This document shows positions 8,446 through 18,070 of a stretch of DNA of 64,000 bases, piece by piece. Below the pieces are notes generated by a model. That model was not told where the DNA came from and did not search any database. It worked only from the letters and a program-made list of their open reading frames with translations. How positions within the stretch are numbered: position 1 is the stretch's first letter; each line of letters begins with the position of its first letter. This DNA is from Geopsychrobacteraceae bacterium (GTDB lineage: Bacteria; Desulfobacterota; Desulfuromonadia; Desulfuromonadales; Geopsychrobacteraceae): positions 2,176,001 to 2,240,000 of the forward strand of contig CAXXTB010000002.1 of NCBI GenBank assembly GCA_963676795.2, given 5' to 3'. A program made the position numbers and the translations under genes.

Positions 8446-10605
8446 ATGACTGGACCGATGAAAGAGAATCTCAGACTGATCGACAAAGAGATCCCCAAGG
8501 GGAAGGTACCGGGCGCACAAAACGGTATCGAGATAAAAAAGACCATCTGTGCGCTGTGCAACCCTTACAGCCACTGCGGCATCGATGCCTACGTCAAGGA
8601 CGGCACCATCATCAAGGTCGAAGGGACGGAAGAGAACCCGCACAGCGGAGGCACCCTCTGCTCCAAGGGCGCCGCCAGCAGGCAGTATATCTATAACGAA
8701 GAACGCCTGTTCGAACCGATGCTCAGGGTCGGCGAACGGGGTTCCGGCCAGTTTGAACCGATCTCCTGGGACAAGGCCCTCGACCTGATCGCTGAGAAAT
8801 TCACCCGGGTCAAAGAGGAATTCGGTCCTGAAAGCGTCGCCTTTTATGTCGGCTACCCGAAATGGATGCGCCCCTTTGTCAAACGACTGGCACACAGCTT
8901 CGGCTCACCGAACTACATGTCCGAGTCGAGCACCTGCTTTGCAGCGACGCTGATGGCGGCCAAACTGACCTACGGGGCATTTGGTCCGCCCGATATGGCC
9001 AACGCAGGCTGCCTGCTGGTCTGGAGCTCGAACCCGTTTTATTCGAACACCTCCATCGCCCGCAAGCTGCTCGACAATATCGACCGGGGGATGAAGGTTA
9101 TCGAGGTCAGCCCCTTCATCACTCCATTGACCAGGCACGCAACCATCCATCTGCGCTTGCGTCCCGGCACATCGGGAGCACTGGCCCTGGGGATGGCCAA
9201 TTATATCATTCGGAACAACCTGCATGACCGCGACTTTGTCGCCAACTGGTCGGTCGGCTTTGAGGAATTTGCTGCCTATACCCGTGAGTTCAGCCTGGAA
9301 AAGACCGCCGAGATCACCGGTATTCCTGCCGACAAGATCCGCGAAGCTGCTCAGCTTTACGCCACCACCAAACCGGCGGCGATGATGAACAGTGCCAGCC
9401 CGACAGTTCACCACACCAACGCCGCCCAGAATCACCGTGCCATCATCAGTCTGGTCGGACTGACCGGAAACTATGACGTCAAGGGAGGCAACCATGTGCT
9501 ACCGCCCGGCTATGTCGAGGTCAACAACGGCATCAAAATGCGCCAGGCCGAGTTTTCGCAAGTTCGGCCATGGAGCGACATGGCACCACGAATCGGCATA
9601 GATGCCCACCCGGTCTGGTGTAACGAAATCGGCCAGGCGCAGGCAATGCACCTGCCTGGCCAGATTCACAGCGGCACCCCCTACCCGGTCAAGACAGCAA
9701 TCGGTTTCGGCCTCAATTACCGCATGTGGCCCGGTTCCGACCATATGGCAGAAGCCCTGAAAAAACTCGACTTCTTCGTCAATGTCGACCTGTTCATGAC
9801 CGACACGGCGAAAATGGCCGATCTGGTTCTCCCCTGCTGCACCTCCTTTGAGCGCAGTGAGTTCAAGATCTACTCTGAGCGCTTCGGCATCTTCACCCAG
9901 CCGGTCATCAAACCATTGGGGAATTCGCGCTCAGACATCGACATCATCTTCGATCTGGCCAGGAGGATTGTCCCGCAAGATGAGCTGCTCTGCAGCGATT
10001 ACGAAACCTGTCTCGACTGGATGCTCGAGCCCCAGGGAATCAAGATCGCCGACATCAAGCACCAGATTGGCGGCTGCTTCCTCCCCGGAGTCGAGCCCCC
10101 CCCCTTCAAAAAATATGAAAAGAGCGGCTTCGCAACCCCGAGCGGCAAAATGGAGTTCGCCTCCAGCAAGGTGGCCGCCGCCGGTTACGACGCCTTACCG
10201 GTTTACACAGAACCGAAATACAGTCCGCGATCGACACCGGAACTGGCCGTAAAGTTCCCCTTGGTCCTCAACACCGGCTCACGCCTGCCGATGTTCGTTC
10301 ACTCACGAACCTTCCGCATGCGCTGGACCCGGAATCTGCGCCCCGACCCGCTGATCGACATGAACCCGGCCGATGCACGGACACGTGGCATCGCCGAGGG
10401 GGACAAAATCAGTCTTTCGACACCAAAGGGCTCACTTGGTTTGCTGGCGAGACTGACCGAAACCGTTCCCCAAGGGGTTGTCAGCGTCTACCACAACCTG
10501 CCGGGCGCCGATATCAACACATTGATCGAGCACGATTACCGGGATCCGATCTCCGGTTTCCCCGGTTTCAAATCGCTGCTCTGCCAGGTTGAAAAGATTG
10601 ACTGA
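8446..10605 (+). CDS. Mo/W-bis-PGD (DMSO reductase superfamily) oxidoreductase catalytic subunit A
   Basis: CALCNPYSHC...LCSKG Fe-S motif, ISWDKALD, SESSTC candidate Cys ligand, DLFMTDTAKMADLVLP, TPSGKMEF; no Tat RR signal. Confidence 0.92.
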   Translation: MTGPMKENLRLIDKEIPKGKVPGAQNGIEIKKTICALCNPYSHCGIDAYVKDGTIIKVEGTEENPHSGGTLCSKGAASRQYIYNEERLFEPMLRVGERGSGQFEPISWDKALDLIAEKFTRVKEEFGPESVAFYVGYPKWMRPFVKRLAHSFGSPNYMSESSTCFAATLMAAKLTYGAFGPPDMANAGCLLVWSSNPFYSNTSIARKLLDNIDRGMKVIEVSPFITPLTRHATIHLRLRPGTSGALALGMANYIIRNNLHDRDFVANWSVGFEEFAAYTREFSLEKTAEITGIPADKIREAAQLYATTKPAAMMNSASPTVHHTNAAQNHRAIISLVGLTGNYDVKGGNHVLPPGYVEVNNGIKMRQAEFSQVRPWSDMAPRIGIDAHPVWCNEIGQAQAMHLPGQIHSGTPYPVKTAIGFGLNYRMWPGSDHMAEALKKLDFFVNVDLFMTDTAKMADLVLPCCTSFERSEFKIYSERFGIFTQPVIKPLGNSRSDIDIIFDLARRIVPQDELLCSDYETCLDWMLEPQGIKIADIKHQIGGCFLPGVEPPPFKKYEKSGFATPSGKMEFASSKVAAAGYDALPVYTEPKYSPRSTPELAVKFPLVLNTGSRLPMFVHSRTFRMRWTRNLRPDPLIDMNPADARTRGIAEGDKISLSTPKGSLGLLARLTETVPQGVVSVYHNLPGADINTLIEHDYRDPISGFPGFKSLLCQVEKID

Positions 10606-10658
10606 TCGGCTTTTAAGGGACTTTTCCAGCTTTAGCACCAATGAGGAAAGAGAAAACC

Positions 10659-11156
10659 ATGAACCAGTATGTCTTCACCTTTGATGTTTCACGCTGCTCC
10701 GGCTGTATGGCCTGCACGGTCGCCTGCCAGGATCAGAATGACAGCATAGCCGGGAGCTCCGCCTATCGCCGCGTTACCGCTCTGGAAGAAGGAAATGGAA
10801 ACGACTGCCATATCAGCTTCATCTCGATATCCTGCCTGCACTGCGAGGATGCCCCCTGCCTGATGGCCTGCCCGACCTGCGCCATCAGTAAAGACCTGGC
10901 GGGCATGGTCAGCAGTAACCGCGACCTGTGCATCGGCTGCCACAGCTGCGAGCTGGCCTGCCCGTTCGGCGCGCCCAAGTTCGCCGCCGATGGCAAGATG
11001 GCCAAGTGCGACTTCTGCCATGACCGCGTCGAGGCAGGCTTGAAACCGGCCTGTGTCCGGGTCTGTCCGACCAGGGCCCTGGATTTCGGCACCCAGCAAG
11101 AGGTCACCGAGCGCAAGGCGAAGAACGCTGCGCTCAAGATCTTAAAAGCGCTTTGA
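10659..11156 (+). CDS. Fe-S electron-transfer subunit (DmsB/NrfC-like, four clusters)
   Basis: CSGCMACTVAC, CLHCEDAPCLMACP, CIGCHSCELACP, CDFC...PACVRVCP. Confidence 0.93.
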   Translation: MNQYVFTFDVSRCSGCMACTVACQDQNDSIAGSSAYRRVTALEEGNGNDCHISFISISCLHCEDAPCLMACPTCAISKDLAGMVSSNRDLCIGCHSCELACPFGAPKFAADGKMAKCDFCHDRVEAGLKPACVRVCPTRALDFGTQQEVTERKAKNAALKILKAL

Positions 11157-11175
11157 CCGCACAGGAGAAAGGCCA

Positions 11176-12378
11176 ATGTCTTCCGCTTATTACATACTCG
11201 GCAACGGTGGCGCGGCCAACTACGCCATCAAAGCCCTGCGCTCAGCCGGCTACGCCGGTGAACTGCACCAGATCTCGGATGACGCCGGTCCCGGTTTCAA
11301 CCCGATGGTTGCGCCCTATTACCTGGCCGGCAAGGCCGACTGGCAGACCTGCTTCCCCTTTGGCGAGAGCTTTCTCGCCGACCACCGGGTGATTGCTCAT
11401 CACGAGGACAAGGTGGTCGCCCTCGACGCCGGAAACGCCACCATCACCACCGCCAGCGGCAGACAATTCCACTACGACAAATGCCTCGTCGCGACCGGCG
11501 CCAGGCCGGTCATGCCACCGGTTCCGGGCTTAAAAGAGTCACGCTTTGCCTTCCCCTTGCGCGAAGCGCACACGACGACAACCCTGGAACAGGTCCACAA
11601 GAACGCGACCAGGGTGCTGGTTCTGGGTGCCTCTTTTGTCGGTATCGAATTGGCTGAAGTCTTCACAAAAAAAGGGATCTCCGTCGTCCTTGCCGATATC
11701 GCCCCGCAGATCATGCCCCAGGGGGCGCACCCCCTGGCCGCTCAGCGGGTGGAAAGCTGGCTGAAACAACATGGGGTGACAATCAGGCTGAAAACGACCT
11801 TAAGCCTGGTTGAAGATACGGCGGACGGCGTCATCTGCCATTTTCCCGACGGCACAGCGGAAAGTTTCGACTTTATCGCCGTCTGCGCCGGGATCAGACC
11901 GAACCTTGAATTTATCGATCCAGACCAGGTCAAAATCGACCGCGCGCTGTGCACCAACGATTTCATGCAGACCAGCGTGGCGAATATCTATGCCGCCGGC
12001 GATGTCTGTGAATCGTTCAACCGCCTCGCCACCCGCCAGCAGTGGATGGGAACCTGGGGCAATGCCTGCTATCAGGGAAGGATCGCCGGTCTCAACATGG
12101 CAAATGTCCGGACCAGGTCGGCAGGATCGATTCCCCAGCATGTCAGCCCGGTTTTCGCCTGGACCTACATGCAGGTTGGCGATGCGCTCAGGCAGGGGGA
12201 ACAGGTCCGCATCGAAGAGCATGGCGATCCGTTCAGCGGCCCCTACCACCTGGCGGTCTATGACCAGGATGTCCTTATCGGCGCCAACCTGATCAACAAT
12301 CCGGGCGACCTGGAATGGATCAAAAAAGAGATTACTCAAGAGGTGACCAGGATAAACGCGATACGCGATGCAGTTTAG
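11176..12378 (+). CDS. FAD-dependent pyridine nucleotide oxidoreductase (NADH:rubredoxin/ferredoxin reductase-like)
   Basis: GNGGAA FAD-binding motif, YDKCLVATGA, VLGASFVGIE, TSVANIYAAGD. Confidence 0.88.
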   Translation: MSSAYYILGNGGAANYAIKALRSAGYAGELHQISDDAGPGFNPMVAPYYLAGKADWQTCFPFGESFLADHRVIAHHEDKVVALDAGNATITTASGRQFHYDKCLVATGARPVMPPVPGLKESRFAFPLREAHTTTTLEQVHKNATRVLVLGASFVGIELAEVFTKKGISVVLADIAPQIMPQGAHPLAAQRVESWLKQHGVTIRLKTTLSLVEDTADGVICHFPDGTAESFDFIAVCAGIRPNLEFIDPDQVKIDRALCTNDFMQTSVANIYAAGDVCESFNRLATRQQWMGTWGNACYQGRIAGLNMANVRTRSAGSIPQHVSPVFAWTYMQVGDALRQGEQVRIEEHGDPFSGPYHLAVYDQDVLIGANLINNPGDLEWIKKEITQEVTRINAIRDAV

Positions 12379-12446
12379 TGAAGTAACGTCCCCGGTAGGA
12401 ATTGAGGCACTGAGCCAACAATCCTGCATTGACAAGGAGGCGCAAA

Positions 12447-14594
12447 ATGACTTTCACCACAGAGACGACATCAGCTGACAAAGCCACCGCAGCAACAGAA
12501 GAGGTTGGCTACAGTTTCTGCGATGCCTGCAACGGGGTGCCGATGTGCGGCATCCGCTATTACACCAGGGACGGCGTGATAACCCGCATCGAAGACTGGC
12601 CCGACTTTCCGACCTCGTCGCTCTATTCCAAGGCCTACGGCACATTGCAGAGACAATACCACCCCGACCGGCTGAAATACCCGATGAAGCGAACCACGCC
12701 GAAAGGCTCGTCCGACCCCGGCTACGTCAGAATCAGCTGGGATGAAGCCTACGCGATGATTGCGGATCAACTTGGGCGCATCAAATCAGAACATGGTCCT
12801 CATGCGGTTTTCTTTTATGTCGGAGATCCCAAGGAACCCCGGGCAGCGGTCCAGCGCCTGGCCAACCTCTACGGTTCGGTCAACTACGGCACCGAAAGCT
12901 CAACCGCCTGCCGCATGGGATCCCAGATCGCCGAAATGCTGACCTACGGTTTCCCGACCCTTGGCAACCCGCCGAGCGCGGAAACCCGCTCGCTGCTCAT
13001 CTGGGGGACCAACCCCTGCTATTCCTCGACCCAGAGCGACTGGAAAAGCCTCCTCGCGGCCAAGGAGCGTGGCGTCAAGTTCATCGTTGTCGATCCGCGG
13101 GTCACGCCGACCGCCTCGATCCTTGCCGATATCCACATTCAGCCGCGCCCCAATACCATGGCCGCCGTGGCCTCCGGGATGATGCACGTCATCTTCGAAG
13201 AAAATCTGCACGATCAGGAGTTCTGCCGGGACTGGATTCACGGCATCACCGAGCTCAAAGACTACGTCAAACAGTTCACCCCGCAGAAGGTCGCCGAGAT
13301 CGCCCGGATTCCGGCCCAGCAGATCATCGATGCCGCGCGGCTTTACGCAACCAACAGCCCCGGCGGGGTTAAACTCAGTTCGCAGGGAACGACCCACAAC
13401 ACCAACGCGGCGAACAATCACCGTTCGATCCTGATGCTGCCGGCGATCTGCGGCTATCTCGATGTCCCCGGCGGAGTCCTCAAGCCGAGCAACCCGTTGG
13501 AAGGGCTGGCCGGCCCCCACTGGGGCGGTAACCTGCCGCCGCGCTTTACCCTGCAGGAAAAGACCGTCGCCAACCGCGAGCACCGGCTCGACAAAGAGAG
13601 AACACCGGCCTGGGCGGAAATCATGGTTCCGGTCCAGACCAGCTACCTGCCGGAATGGATCGCAGAAGGCAAGGTCAAGGCATTTCTCGGCTGGGGGTTC
13701 AACATGATGATCTGGCCGCAAACCAGGGTCTACCAGCAGGCCTTTGACAAGCTCGACTTTGCCATGGCGGTCGACTACTTCTACCGCCCCTGGACCCATG
13801 ATCATCTCGACCTGGTCCTTCCGGCCGCGACAAATTTCGAGCGCCTCGCGCCGTTCAGCATTCAGGGACGCACCTTCTTCGGCCGCACAGCCATTCAACC
13901 GCTCGGCGAAGCGCGTGAAGACTGGAAAATCGCCCTCGATATCGGCTGTCAACTGGGCTACCGTGAAGAATGCTTCAATGGCGATGTCGTCGCTGCCAGC
14001 GACGAGATTCTGGGGATGTGGGACTGCTCCTGTGCGGCGTTGAAAGAAAATCAACAGCAGGGCGTCAGTATTGCGCCGCGCAACGAGAACAGCTTCAGAA
14101 AATACGCAAGCGGACTGATGCGTCCCGACAAGCAACCCGGCTTCCCCACCCCTAGCGGCAAGGTTGAAGCGCTTTCAACCGTGCTGCAGAAATACGGCAA
14201 CACCGCCCTGCCGGAATACCGGGAGGGGCTTCCTGTTTCAGAGGATTTTCCGCTCATCCTGGTCTCCGGCTCGCGCCTGCCTTTCATCACCCACAGTAAA
14301 TGGCGAGAGGACAGCCCCTGGCTGCATGAGCTGCAGAAGGAACCGCTGTTGATGATCCACCCTGAGGATGCGGCCAGCAGACAGATAAAGAGCGGCGATG
14401 AGATCGTCATGACCTCGCCATGGGGTGAAATCAGGCTCAAAGCCAAACCGACCATCATGATGGTCAAAGGCTCGGTGGGAATGATGCATGGCTGGCCAAA
14501 AGCCAATGTCAATGAACTGGTCCCCCGCCAGTTCGATCCGATCAGCGGCTACGCGCCCTACAAGGAGGTTCCCTGCCAGGTCAACAGAGCCTGA
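12447..14594 (+). CDS. Mo/W-bis-PGD oxidoreductase catalytic subunit B (paralog of 8446..10605)
   Basis: CDACNGVPMC, RLKYPMKR, RISWDEA, TESSTAC, DLVLPAATNFE, FPTPSGKVE; strong AAGGAGG SD before ATG 12447; no Tat signal. Confidence 0.92.
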   Translation: MTFTTETTSADKATAATEEVGYSFCDACNGVPMCGIRYYTRDGVITRIEDWPDFPTSSLYSKAYGTLQRQYHPDRLKYPMKRTTPKGSSDPGYVRISWDEAYAMIADQLGRIKSEHGPHAVFFYVGDPKEPRAAVQRLANLYGSVNYGTESSTACRMGSQIAEMLTYGFPTLGNPPSAETRSLLIWGTNPCYSSTQSDWKSLLAAKERGVKFIVVDPRVTPTASILADIHIQPRPNTMAAVASGMMHVIFEENLHDQEFCRDWIHGITELKDYVKQFTPQKVAEIARIPAQQIIDAARLYATNSPGGVKLSSQGTTHNTNAANNHRSILMLPAICGYLDVPGGVLKPSNPLEGLAGPHWGGNLPPRFTLQEKTVANREHRLDKERTPAWAEIMVPVQTSYLPEWIAEGKVKAFLGWGFNMMIWPQTRVYQQAFDKLDFAMAVDYFYRPWTHDHLDLVLPAATNFERLAPFSIQGRTFFGRTAIQPLGEAREDWKIALDIGCQLGYREECFNGDVVAASDEILGMWDCSCAALKENQQQGVSIAPRNENSFRKYASGLMRPDKQPGFPTPSGKVEALSTVLQKYGNTALPEYREGLPVSEDFPLILVSGSRLPFITHSKWREDSPWLHELQKEPLLMIHPEDAASRQIKSGDEIVMTSPWGEIRLKAKPTIMMVKGSVGMMHGWPKANVNELVPRQFDPISGYAPYKEVPCQVNRA

Positions 14595-14749
14595 GGACAA
14601 ATGACAGGGCGATCGCCCCGGCTTCACCATCCCCCTTTCCGGGGACGCGTGAACCCATCCGTAGGGCTTGACTGCCGCCACCCGGGCGGCAGACAGCCTT
14701 CCAAGGAGAATGGTGAGCCTGACCAAGAGCAAGTAAAGGAGACGGAAGT

Positions 14750-15385
14750 ATGGCCAGATACGGAATCGTCGTTGATGTCAATAAATGTACCGGCTGCATG
14801 ACCTGCGTTCTCGCCTGCAAAGAGGAACACCTGACCGGACCGGAAGTCTCCTGGACCAGGGTTTACCAGCTGGAAAACGAGCAGGAGAACAGCATCCGCT
14901 ACAGTCCGGTCATGTGCATGCACTGCGACGCAGCGCCCTGCATAGAAGCCTGTAAAAACCAAGCCATTTCGCTCAGGGCCGATGGTATCGTCGTCATCGA
15001 CCAGAACAAGTGCACGGAGATCGGCGCATGTTTTAGCGCCTGCCCCTACGGTGCGATTGCCAAGAACCCTGACAAATCCTATTTTCCGACGCCACAGCCG
15101 TTTGAGAAGAACGCGGAAGCATACCGTAAGCAACTTCCCGGCAAGGCCTCCAAGTGCACTCTGTGCAGCGAGAGGATCGACCAGGGGGGGATTCCGCACT
15201 GCGTTGAAGTCTGCCAGTCCGGGGCGCTGATCTTTGGCGACCTCGATGATCCTGACAGCGCTGTCAGTCAGCAACAGAGCCAGGCCAAAGAAGCGCTTAA
15301 GGACAAACAGCTGAAACCTAAAATTTATTATCTTGCCGCAGATGGTGACATAGCAAACATCGACAATCAGTTTCCGACCTCTTAG
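14750..15385 (+). CDS. Fe-S electron-transfer subunit (DmsB/TtrB-like)
   Basis: CTGCMTCVLAC, CMHCDAAPCIEAC, CTEIGACFSACP, CTLC...PHCVEVC, FGDLDDP. Confidence 0.92.
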   Translation: MARYGIVVDVNKCTGCMTCVLACKEEHLTGPEVSWTRVYQLENEQENSIRYSPVMCMHCDAAPCIEACKNQAISLRADGIVVIDQNKCTEIGACFSACPYGAIAKNPDKSYFPTPQPFEKNAEAYRKQLPGKASKCTLCSERIDQGGIPHCVEVCQSGALIFGDLDDPDSAVSQQQSQAKEALKDKQLKPKIYYLAADGDIANIDNQFPTS

Positions 15386-15394
15386 CTGACAAAC

Positions 15395-15432
15395 AGGCCC
15401 GTCCGGAAAGCTCCCAGGTTCCGGACGAGCCT
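15395..15432 (+). terminator. Stem-loop ending the TRAP/Mo-enzyme operon
   Basis: aggcccgtccggaa...ttccggacgagcct. Confidence 0.55.
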
Positions 15433-15577
15433 ATGATCGGCTCTTTCAGTTTACATTTCTTAAACTTTCTTTACCGCCTGATAAAATCACATCGATTATA
15501 CTGACAAGTAAATATCAGGCACCGTCACAGGAAAAAAGCATGATGCGGTGCAATAGATCCGAATCACGGAGTATCCC

Positions 15578-16264
15578 ATGAAAACAATGAACCGGTTATT
15601 GGCAACCTCTCTTCTCTGTGCAGTGATCGCCACTGTTCCTGCCGTATCATTCAGTGCCGGACAGAACGGCAAGGGGCAGCAAGGTGGCGGTCTGGCCAAC
15701 ATCTCGGCCCTGCCGCTTCAGGAGCTGAGCTCTGGGGAAAAAGCAGGGCTGCTGCAGATGCGCGAAGAAGAAAAACTGGCCCGCGATGTCTACCTGGCCC
15801 TTTATGAAAAGTGGCAACTGCCAATTTTCACCAATATCGCCAGAAGTGAGCAACAACATATGGATGCCGTTGCCGCACTGCTGAAACGCTACGCAATCCC
15901 GGATCCGATCTCAGGCGAACAGACGCCCCTCGGGATCTTTGCTGACAAACATCTTCAGCAGCTCTACGACGACCTGGTCGAAAATGGAAGCAGATCCCTG
16001 CTAGCAGCACTGGATGTGGGCGCAACTATCGAGGATCTCGACATCAAGGATCTCCATGAGCTGCTCGAACAGACCGACAACCAGGACATCACCCTCGTCT
16101 ATCAGAATCTGGCCAAGGGCTCACGGAACCATTTGCGTTCCTTCACCGGGCAGCTGGCTCAGCAGAACGCATCCTACACGGCTAAATACCTGAGCCAGGA
16201 ACAGGTCGATCAGATCATCTCCAGTCCGCAGGAACGCGGGCCAGCTTCCGCTGGTGGGAACTAG
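15578..16264 (+). CDS. Exported ferritin-like protein (DUF2202)
   Basis: Signal peptide; MREEEKLARDVY, SEQQHM, IEDLDI, GSRNHLRSF di-metal motifs. Confidence 0.85.
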   Translation: MKTMNRLLATSLLCAVIATVPAVSFSAGQNGKGQQGGGLANISALPLQELSSGEKAGLLQMREEEKLARDVYLALYEKWQLPIFTNIARSEQQHMDAVAALLKRYAIPDPISGEQTPLGIFADKHLQQLYDDLVENGSRSLLAALDVGATIEDLDIKDLHELLEQTDNQDITLVYQNLAKGSRNHLRSFTGQLAQQNASYTAKYLSQEQVDQIISSPQERGPASAGGN

Positions 16265-16294
16265 CTTAGCGTCTGCATCAGTGTAGACGAAACA

Positions 16295-16315
16295 GCCCCC
16301 GGTCAAACCGGGGGC
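16295..16315. terminator. GC hairpin after DUF2202
   Basis: gcccccggt-caa-accgggggc. Confidence 0.5.
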
Positions 16316-16576
16316 ATCACAGGCCGACCATTCAAAACTATTCGAATGAAAATCTGCAGTTCCGAACTCGGCTGGCAAGGCAAGAACCTTTCACCTTGGA
16401 AGATATTCCTTCCTTCTGTTGTTCCAGCATGAGCATGTCTCTGTCATTGCATATAGTCTGATGTCAGCCATGACTTCAATCTTGACCAGACACAAGTTGA
16501 GTGTTGGGGGAACCTCAAAGCTGTTGATCTGAGCAAGCTGTTATAATGGAAGATAAACAGATTGGAGGACGGATCG

Positions 16577-18070
16577 ATGGCGACTGATTCAGCATTGATG
16601 ACCGATCTTTATGAACTCACCATGATGGCGGGCTATGTCGCGCACAATATGCATGAGCAGCCAGCCTGTTTCGATCTCTTCTTTCGAAAAAATCCATTTC
16701 ATGGCGGATATGCTGTTTTTGCAGGGCTGGAAACAGCGCTGAGCTACCTTGAGCAACTCCATTTTACTGCGGATGATATCTCTTATTTGGCCAGCCTTGA
16801 CCTCTTTAATGATAGATTTCTCGAATATTTACGTGAGTTTCGATTCCACTGCACGGTTCTTGCCCCCGCAGAAGGAACGGTGGTCTTTGCCAATGAACCC
16901 CTACTCAGCGTGCACGGCAATCTGGCCGAAGCGCAACTGATTGAATCAGCACTCCTCAATCATCTGAATTTTCAGACCCTGATCGCGACCAAGGCTGCAA
17001 GAGTGAACAATGCTGCAGGAGATGCTGCCGTTGTTGAATTTGGCATGCGTCGGGCCCATGGCCCGGACGGCTGTCTCAGCGTTGCCCGGGCCGCCTATAT
17101 CGGCGGAGTGCGGAGCACGAGTAACACCTTAGCCGGTCAGGTTTTCAGTATCCCGGTCAAAGGAACCCATGCACACAGCTGGGTTATGGCCTTTCCGAAT
17201 GAGTTGGACGCATTCAGGGCCTATGTCCAGATTTTTCCCGACAGTGCCATCCTGCTGATCGATACCTACGATACTCTCACGAGCGGGCTCCCGAATGCCC
17301 TCCGTGTTGCTCAGGAACTACGGAACGAAGGACATGAATTGCGCGGTGTCCGGCTTGATTCCGGTGACCCTGTCGAACTCAGCCGTAAAGTTCGCGCAGC
17401 CTTTGACCGTGCCGGTTTTCCCCTGGTCAGGATTGTCGTATCGAGCGAACTTGATGAATTTGCCATTCAGGATATTCGTAACAAAGGAGGACAGGTCGAT
17501 ATCTACGGAGTGGGAACCAAACTGGCAACGGGCGGTGGTCCCGGTGGCGGCGCGCTTGGCGGAGTTTATAAATTGTCCAGCTATGCGGGACAACCTTGTA
17601 TGAAAACAACCTCAGATCCGCTCAAAGCGACATTGCCGGGAGAAAAAGCTCTCTATCGGCTTCTTGATTCCGCTGACAATTCACTCCTTGACATCATTTG
17701 CCTGAAGGATGATCCGCCCCAAACGGGAGACCGGATATTTCCCCTGACACCTGAATCGCAGCCATTGACGGTGCCCAAAGGAGAAATAACAGATCTCAGG
17801 CATACAGTCATGAAGAACGGCCGTATCATCAGCCGCCTGCCATCCCTTCAGCAAAGTGCCGATCACTGTGCCGCTCAGCTGAGGAGTATTCCCGAAGCAT
17901 GTCTCCGTTTGCAGAATCCGGCAATCTATCCGGTTGGCATCAGTGCATCTCTGCAACAGTTACGTCAGGAAACTACCCATAGGTACTCATGTACCCTTCA
18001 TGGCAGAAACCGAGATCTAATTGACTCGCTCGAAAATTTTTCGGGCAATCTGTTGAAAGACAAGGCCTGA
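16577..18070 (+). CDS. pncB: Nicotinate phosphoribosyltransferase
   Basis: LMTDLYELTM, EFGMRRAH, GTHAHSWV, LIDTYD, GVRLDSGD, YGVGT, GGVYKL. Confidence 0.93.
   Translation: MATDSALMTDLYELTMMAGYVAHNMHEQPACFDLFFRKNPFHGGYAVFAGLETALSYLEQLHFTADDISYLASLDLFNDRFLEYLREFRFHCTVLAPAEGTVVFANEPLLSVHGNLAEAQLIESALLNHLNFQTLIATKAARVNNAAGDAAVVEFGMRRAHGPDGCLSVARAAYIGGVRSTSNTLAGQVFSIPVKGTHAHSWVMAFPNELDAFRAYVQIFPDSAILLIDTYDTLTSGLPNALRVAQELRNEGHELRGVRLDSGDPVELSRKVRAAFDRAGFPLVRIVVSSELDEFAIQDIRNKGGQVDIYGVGTKLATGGGPGGGALGGVYKLSSYAGQPCMKTTSDPLKATLPGEKALYRLLDSADNSLLDIICLKDDPPQTGDRIFPLTPESQPLTVPKGEITDLRHTVMKNGRIISRLPSLQQSADHCAAQLRSIPEACLRLQNPAIYPVGISASLQQLRQETTHRYSCTLHGRNRDLIDSLENFSGNLLKDKA

Noticed and set aside
8446..14594. 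Respiratory DMSO, nitrate, formate or polysulfide reductase call, and selenocysteine read-through
   Set aside because: There is no Tat signal, membrane anchor or chaperone, the ORFs have no internal TGA, and the terminal TGAs fall at normal C-termini.
16393..16471. Short minus-strand ORF MADIRLYAMTETCSCW..., vaguely glutaredoxin-like
   Set aside because: It is only about 26 codons, has no CxxC, and has no convincing continuation.
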